Below, piece after piece: positions 59,250-64,000 of a stretch of DNA of 64,000 bases. The notes beneath the pieces were generated by a model, which saw nothing but the letters and a program-made list of their open reading frames with translations, ran no database searches and was not told the DNA's origin. The translations under genes and the position numbers were made by a program. Source of the DNA: Gammaproteobacteria bacterium (GTDB lineage: Bacteria > Pseudomonadota > Gammaproteobacteria > Eutrophobiales > Eutrophobiaceae); NCBI GenBank assembly GCA_965215365.1, contig CBDCDS010000003.1, forward strand, positions 448,001-512,000, in the 5' to 3' direction. Position 1 is the first letter of the stretch; every line of letters starts with the position of its first letter.

Positions 59250-61724
59250 TTAGAAAGGCCGGAACATCAGAATCAGCCTGGGCAGCAGGGTAAGCGCTGC
59301 TAACAGCGCGATGAACATGGCCAGCGCGGTGAGCAGGCCGAAATAGATGGTCGGAATGAAATTGGACAGCACCAGGATGGAAAAACCGATAATGATGGTG
59401 AGCGCAGTATAAAACACCGCGCGCCCGATGTTGGCATGGCAGTAGTACAGCGTGGCTACATAATCGGACTGGCTCGGATATTCCTCGCGGAACCGATAGA
59501 TGTAATGGATGCTGTTGTCCACCGCGATGCCGATGGCGATGGCGGCGATGGTAATGGTCATCATGTCCAACGGGATATTGAAGATGCCCATGAGCCCCAG
59601 AATGATGCCGGCGGCCAGAATGTTGGGCAGAATGCCGATGATGGTCAGGGCTACCGAGCGGAACAGCACCAGCAGCATCAGGGCAATACCCAGCATCACC
59701 ACACCTAAGGTCTCGATCTGCGACGTAAACAGGCTTTGCAGCATGTTGTTATACAGCACCATCATGCCGCTCACCTGAAACTCGTCCTCGTCCAGACCGA
59801 GTTCGGTGCGCAGGTCGGCGTCGATTTTTTCCAGGAACTGCTTGCGGCGCAGGTCGGGCAGGGAGTCCAGGACGCGCACATTGATGCGGGCTTCGTTGTG
59901 GTCAATGGAAATATACGGGTCGAGCAGTTGCTCCTTTAGCTCCTGCGGCAGTTTCTTGTTGATCACCGCCAGTTCAAAGGCATCGAACTCTTCGCCTTCG
60001 TTCAGGTCTTCGGCAATACGCAGCACCGAAGCCAGCGACAGTACCTTGCCGATTTCCGGCTGGCGCTCTAAGTAGTCATGCACGGCCTTGATGCGATCCA
60101 CCTTGTAGGCGGTAAACCAGGTGGCCGCCGGGTCTGCAGGTTCCGTATCAAAGCCGCCGAACAGGTCGTCCAGGTCGGCCAACTCAGCGTCTTCTTCCTG
60201 TCCTTCTCCGTATTCCCGCGCCGGGTCGAATTTTAAGACTATATCCAGCGGCGCGGTACCGCCCAGTTTATCGTCGATGAGTTTTAAGCCTTGGTAGATT
60301 TCCGTGGAGTCTCTGAAGTAGTTGACAAAGCTGTTTTCCACCTTCAACCGGGAAATGCCGTAAACACTGAGCGCGCCCAGCAGCAGCGCGATGACCAGCA
60401 CAACGGCGCCGGACTTTTCGGTGATGCGTGCCAGACTTGCGGTAAACGGCACCTGTTCCCTACCCGGCGCGGTGATCTTTTTGTTCAGGGATACCAGGAT
60501 GGACGGAAACAACAGGAATGACGTCATAAAGGTAACGGCCAGGCCCAGGGTCATCATCCAGCCAAAATCGATAACGGGCTTGATATCGCTGACTACCAGC
60601 GAGCCAAAGCCGATCATGGTGGTCAACGCGGTGTACAGGCAGGGCAGCGCCATACGGCGCACGGTATTCGACACCAGCTGCGCCTGCTCCTGCTCGGCAA
60701 AATCCCGGCTCAGCTGCCGGTAGCGCACGCACAGGTGCACATTCATCGACATGGTAAGGATGAGCATCAGGGAGATGAAGTTGGACGAGATCACCGTCAC
60801 CGGCCAGCCGGTCAGGCCCAGCAGCCCCATCATAATGACTACTGCGAAGATGCAACTGCACAGCGGCAGCAGCACAAACCGGGCCTGGCGAAAGATAATC
60901 GACAACATGATGACCAAAAAGGCAAACACGCCGGCGCCGAACGCCAGCAGGTCGTTCCTGATAAAGGTAATCATGTCGTCCGCGATCATGGGAATGCCGC
61001 CCAGATAGAGAACGCCCCGGTCGCGATACCGCTCCATTACCGCACGGGTGGCCGCCACGGTTTCGTGATTGATGCGGGTCACTTCCGCCTTGATCGACTC
61101 GTAGCGTTGCAGCAGGTGCGCCAGTTCCTGTTGCTCTGCGGCGCTTAAGCCGGCGCCGTCGCGCGGCCCCAGCAGTTCATTTTTTCTTTTCTGGATATCC
61201 GTGAAGAGCACGTTGTTTTTCAGGTTGACCTGCAACGCCGTGGTACCGGCATCCTGGCTGATGAGCAAGTCAAGAAATACCGGGCTGGCCAGCAGTTCTT
61301 CCCGCGCCCGTTGCCGGTCCACCTCGGGGTCTTCCAGGGTACGATAGTTGGTGGCCACCTCTGCCAGTTTCCCACCGACAATTTTTACCAACGGCGCGTC
61401 GATCAATGAGAACACCGAAGCGACGCCCGGTAGCTGTTCTAGGTCGTCCCGCAACCGGCGGATAGTGTCCAGAGAGGTATCAGCAAACAGGTCTGCATGG
61501 GGCGTGAAGGTAACCACCAGAAACTCTTCGGTGGCGTAGCGCTTGTTCACCTCGCGTAACGTGCGTAAATCCCGATCGCTCTCCAGGATCAGAGTATCGG
61601 TAGAGGCATCCAGCTTGAAATCCTTGGCGTGCCAGGAAAAGAAAGCAAACACGGCCAACAGCGCCGACAACACCAGTCGCGGCCGGCCGAGGATATACCT
61701 GTCGTAAATACTGGCAAGCATCAT
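59250..61724 (-). CDS. MMPL/RND-superfamily transporter
   Basis: Two TM bundles, GIAVDNSIH, GFSILVLSNFIPT. Confidence 0.88.
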   Translation of the reverse strand: MMLASIYDRYILGRPRLVLSALLAVFAFFSWHAKDFKLDASTDTLILESDRDLRTLREVNKRYATEEFLVVTFTPHADLFADTSLDTIRRLRDDLEQLPGVASVFSLIDAPLVKIVGGKLAEVATNYRTLEDPEVDRQRAREELLASPVFLDLLISQDAGTTALQVNLKNNVLFTDIQKRKNELLGPRDGAGLSAAEQQELAHLLQRYESIKAEVTRINHETVAATRAVMERYRDRGVLYLGGIPMIADDMITFIRNDLLAFGAGVFAFLVIMLSIIFRQARFVLLPLCSCIFAVVIMMGLLGLTGWPVTVISSNFISLMLILTMSMNVHLCVRYRQLSRDFAEQEQAQLVSNTVRRMALPCLYTALTTMIGFGSLVVSDIKPVIDFGWMMTLGLAVTFMTSFLLFPSILVSLNKKITAPGREQVPFTASLARITEKSGAVVLVIALLLGALSVYGISRLKVENSFVNYFRDSTEIYQGLKLIDDKLGGTAPLDIVLKFDPAREYGEGQEEDAELADLDDLFGGFDTEPADPAATWFTAYKVDRIKAVHDYLERQPEIGKVLSLASVLRIAEDLNEGEEFDAFELAVINKKLPQELKEQLLDPYISIDHNEARINVRVLDSLPDLRRKQFLEKIDADLRTELGLDEDEFQVSGMMVLYNNMLQSLFTSQIETLGVVMLGIALMLLVLFRSVALTIIGILPNILAAGIILGLMGIFNIPLDMMTITIAAIAIGIAVDNSIHYIYRFREEYPSQSDYVATLYYCHANIGRAVFYTALTIIIGFSILVLSNFIPTIYFGLLTALAMFIALLAALTLLPRLILMFRPF

Positions 61725-61771
61725 AAGCGCTATGCTAAACTAGCGGGCAATCCACGTAAAGAGGTTTACCG

Positions 61772-62233
61772 ATGCGTCAATTTACCGCAACCTCTGAAAA
61801 CTCTCCTTCGGGCATTTTCAGACCTGCTCTTGGCTTCCTCATCCTGGCTGCCTGCGCGTTTTCCGTGACTGCGCAACAACGCACGCCGGCGCCGGAAAAT
61901 GCCGAGCTGTATTTCATCTCGCCCGCCGCCGGTGCCACCGTGTCAAGCCCGGTCACTGTGCGCTTTGGTCTCAGGCACATGGGGGTGGCGCCGGCCGGGG
62001 TGCTGATGGACAACACCGGGCACCACCACCTGCTACTGAATACCGACTTGCCGCGCCTTGACTTTCCCATTATCAGCGACGACAACCACTTGCACTTCGG
62101 TGGCGGGCAGACGGAAACCACCCTGGAACTGCCACCCGGCGAGCACACCTTGCAACTGCTGCTAGGCGACTTCGCCCACATCCCCCATGACCCGCCGGTG
62201 CTGTCGGAGCAGATTACGATAACGGTTGAGTGA
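61772..62233 (+). CDS. DUF4399-domain secreted protein
   Basis: YFISP..GATV..PVTVRFGL, TGHHHLL, HFGGGQTE. Confidence 0.85.
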   Translation: MRQFTATSENSPSGIFRPALGFLILAACAFSVTAQQRTPAPENAELYFISPAAGATVSSPVTVRFGLRHMGVAPAGVLMDNTGHHHLLLNTDLPRLDFPIISDDNHLHFGGGQTETTLELPPGEHTLQLLLGDFAHIPHDPPVLSEQITITVE

Positions 62234-62272
62234 GCAACTCCCGTTCACGCAAGACATGGAGCGAGCGATTGA

Positions 62273-62455
62273 ATGATATACCGGTTAAACAAGGAGCATA
62301 TACAGGCAATGCTGCGGCACATCGGTCTGGCCATTATTATCGGCAGTTTGTTTTACGCAGTACTTGAAGAGGGTGATTTGCATGTTGCAATTCCATTCGC
62401 TACAGTAGGGATAATATCGGCGTTAGCCGGATCGCTGGAGAAAAAATATGATTGA
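62273..62455 (+). CDS. Small membrane protein, followed by a second overlapping hydrophobic ORF starting at 62448
   Basis: Two hydrophobic helices. Confidence 0.5.
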   Translation: MIYRLNKEHIQAMLRHIGLAIIIGSLFYAVLEEGDLHVAIPFATVGIISALAGSLEKKYD

Positions 62456-62581
62456 AATCATCACACACCCATTGATTGTTCTTGCGTCCATAGTGGTGAG
62501 TATTCTGATCGTAGCCCTGATCATTGCGGAGAAACAAGACAACAAACAGCCGCCGGATAGCAACTGAACTGCCGGCAGCTA

Positions 62582-63187
62582 TCAGGCAAGCCGTATCTCC
62601 CCGCAAATGATACGGCTGATGGTTTCCGTGTACAGTTCATGCTCCAGTGCCAGTACGCGCCGCGCCAGCGTCTCCACCGTGTCTGACTTTTTTACCGCCG
62701 TCTTCCGCACTGCCAGCACCGGGCCGTTGTCGTAGATCGCGTCCACCACATGCACGGTGGCACCGGTAGTCCTAGCACCGGCGGCCAGCACCGCCTCGTG
62801 CACGCGCCGGCCGTACATGCCGGGGCCGCCGTAGTCCGGCAACAAGCCGGGATGGATATTGAGCACATGACCGGGGAAGGTTGCCAGCGTGACCGGGCCG
62901 ACCTTTTTCATATAACCCGCCAGCAGCGTCAGGTTGACCCCGTGTTTGAGCAGCACATCGACTATTTCCCGATCCAGATCTTCGGGGTCGGGGTGGGTGC
63001 GCCCGCTCAAGTGATAACAGGGGATGCCTTCATTGCGGGCGCGTTCCAGCGCGCCGGAATCCGCATTGTTGCTGATGACCACAACGGGGCTAGCTGCCAG
63101 CCGGCCGGCGCGACAGGCATCAATAATGGCCTGCATATTACTGCCATTGTGGGAAGCGAGGAAACCCAGGCGCATACTGTCACTCAC
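62582..63187 (-). CDS. purN: Phosphoribosylglycinamide formyltransferase
   Basis: ASHNGSNMQA, LAGYMK, LNIHPGLLP. Confidence 0.93.
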   Translation of the reverse strand: MSDSMRLGFLASHNGSNMQAIIDACRAGRLAASPVVVISNNADSGALERARNEGIPCYHLSGRTHPDPEDLDREIVDVLLKHGVNLTLLAGYMKKVGPVTLATFPGHVLNIHPGLLPDYGGPGMYGRRVHEAVLAAGARTTGATVHVVDAIYDNGPVLAVRKTAVKKSDTVETLARRVLALEHELYTETISRIICGEIRLA

Positions 63188-64000
63188 CCGGCAACGGCAA
63201 ACCCCAGGCCGGACAGTGTCGCCGGCAAGCCCTCATCGGCATCGGGCAACACCAACCGCATATCGGCAAACTCCCGCCGCAACGGATAACCAGCCCGTAA
63301 CGACGTAAAATAATCACTGCGCGCAGCGGCTTCCAGGGTGCTAATTTCCTTGAGGGCCGCGCAATCTGTGCGCACATCGTAACAGGCCAGCGCCGCCGTC
63401 CTGACGGCCTCCATAGGGTTGCTGAATCCGGACAGGTACAACTCTGAGGGTTCCCCCTCGAATCCCATCCCGTCCGTCTTGGCCGGGGTCACGCCGGCCC
63501 AGGCGCAGACCTGTTCATAAACCCTGCGCGTGGCATTGAGTTTGGCCCGGGCGCTGTAACCGGCGATGTGCGGGGTAGCCAGCGCCACCCGCCCGAGCAG
63601 TTCGGGGTTGATATCAGGTTCATTATCCCACACATCCAGCGCCAGCCGGCGGTGCGGGTTACGGGCTGCAAACTCCAACAGTGCGCGCTCGTCCATGACC
63701 GCGCCCCTGGAGGTGTTGACGAGTATAACGTCTGGTTGCAGCCGTTGCAGAAACTCCCGGTCAACCATACCCACAGTGGGATACTCACCGCCCGTGGTCA
63801 GCGGCACCTGCAAGGTGATAATATCCGCAGCCAGTATCGGGTCAAGGTCGCGATAAGGGAAACGGCCGTCGGCGTCCCTGATAAACGGATCATAAACCCG
63901 CGTCGGTATGCCGAGCAGCCGCAACAAGCGTTGTAACTGCCCGCCGACGCAACCGCAACCGATAATGCCCACAGTGCTGTCTGCCAGCTCCGCACCGTCT
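63184..64000 (-). CDS. pdxB: Erythronate-4-phosphate dehydrogenase, 5'-partial
   Basis: GIIGCGCVG, NTSRG, LDVWDNEP, TPHIAGYS, DUF3410-like tail (LRAGYPLRREF). Confidence 0.88.
   Translation of the reverse strand, partial: DGAELADSTVGIIGCGCVGGQLQRLLRLLGIPTRVYDPFIRDADGRFPYRDLDPILAADIITLQVPLTTGGEYPTVGMVDREFLQRLQPDVILVNTSRGAVMDERALLEFAARNPHRRLALDVWDNEPDINPELLGRVALATPHIAGYSARAKLNATRRVYEQVCAWAGVTPAKTDGMGFEGEPSELYLSGFSNPMEAVRTAALACYDVRTDCAALKEISTLEAAARSDYFTSLRAGYPLRREFADMRLVLPDADEGLPATLSGLGFAVAG

Overview
GC-rich gammaproteobacterial chromosome segment. The Spondin_N autotransporter, RTX protein, toxin-antitoxin relics, restriction-modification pair and CRISPR-Cas suggest a host-associated organism such as a sponge symbiont, but this is inference only. 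Core genes (hemA-prfA-prmC-moeB, secA-argJ-mutT, pilD-coaE-zapD, clpB, rluD, murA-hisG-hisD, purN, pdxB) are interrupted by two accessory islands. The first (about 25.0-41.7 kb) holds a complete type I-G (I-U) CRISPR-Cas system with a 37-repeat array. The second (about 47.1-52.7 kb) holds a HindIII-like R-M pair, an IS481-family element and a Uma2 nuclease. The top finding is that Csb2 (the Cas5/Cas6 fusion) carries an in-frame phosphoribosyltransferase domain of about 235 aa with an intact PRPP-binding motif, plus a nested out-of-frame small ORF with its own Shine-Dalgarno. This is a candidate Cascade-coupled PRTase effector. Other observations: three TA modules with the toxin deleted, two spacers encoding pentapeptide repeats, a TA-targeting MITE family that supplies stop codons and brackets the CRISPR island, four tandem ERIC-like repeats, a duplicated sigma70 promoter and about 36 copies of a PESQ coding repeat. 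All assignments come from motif recognition by eye; no searches were run.
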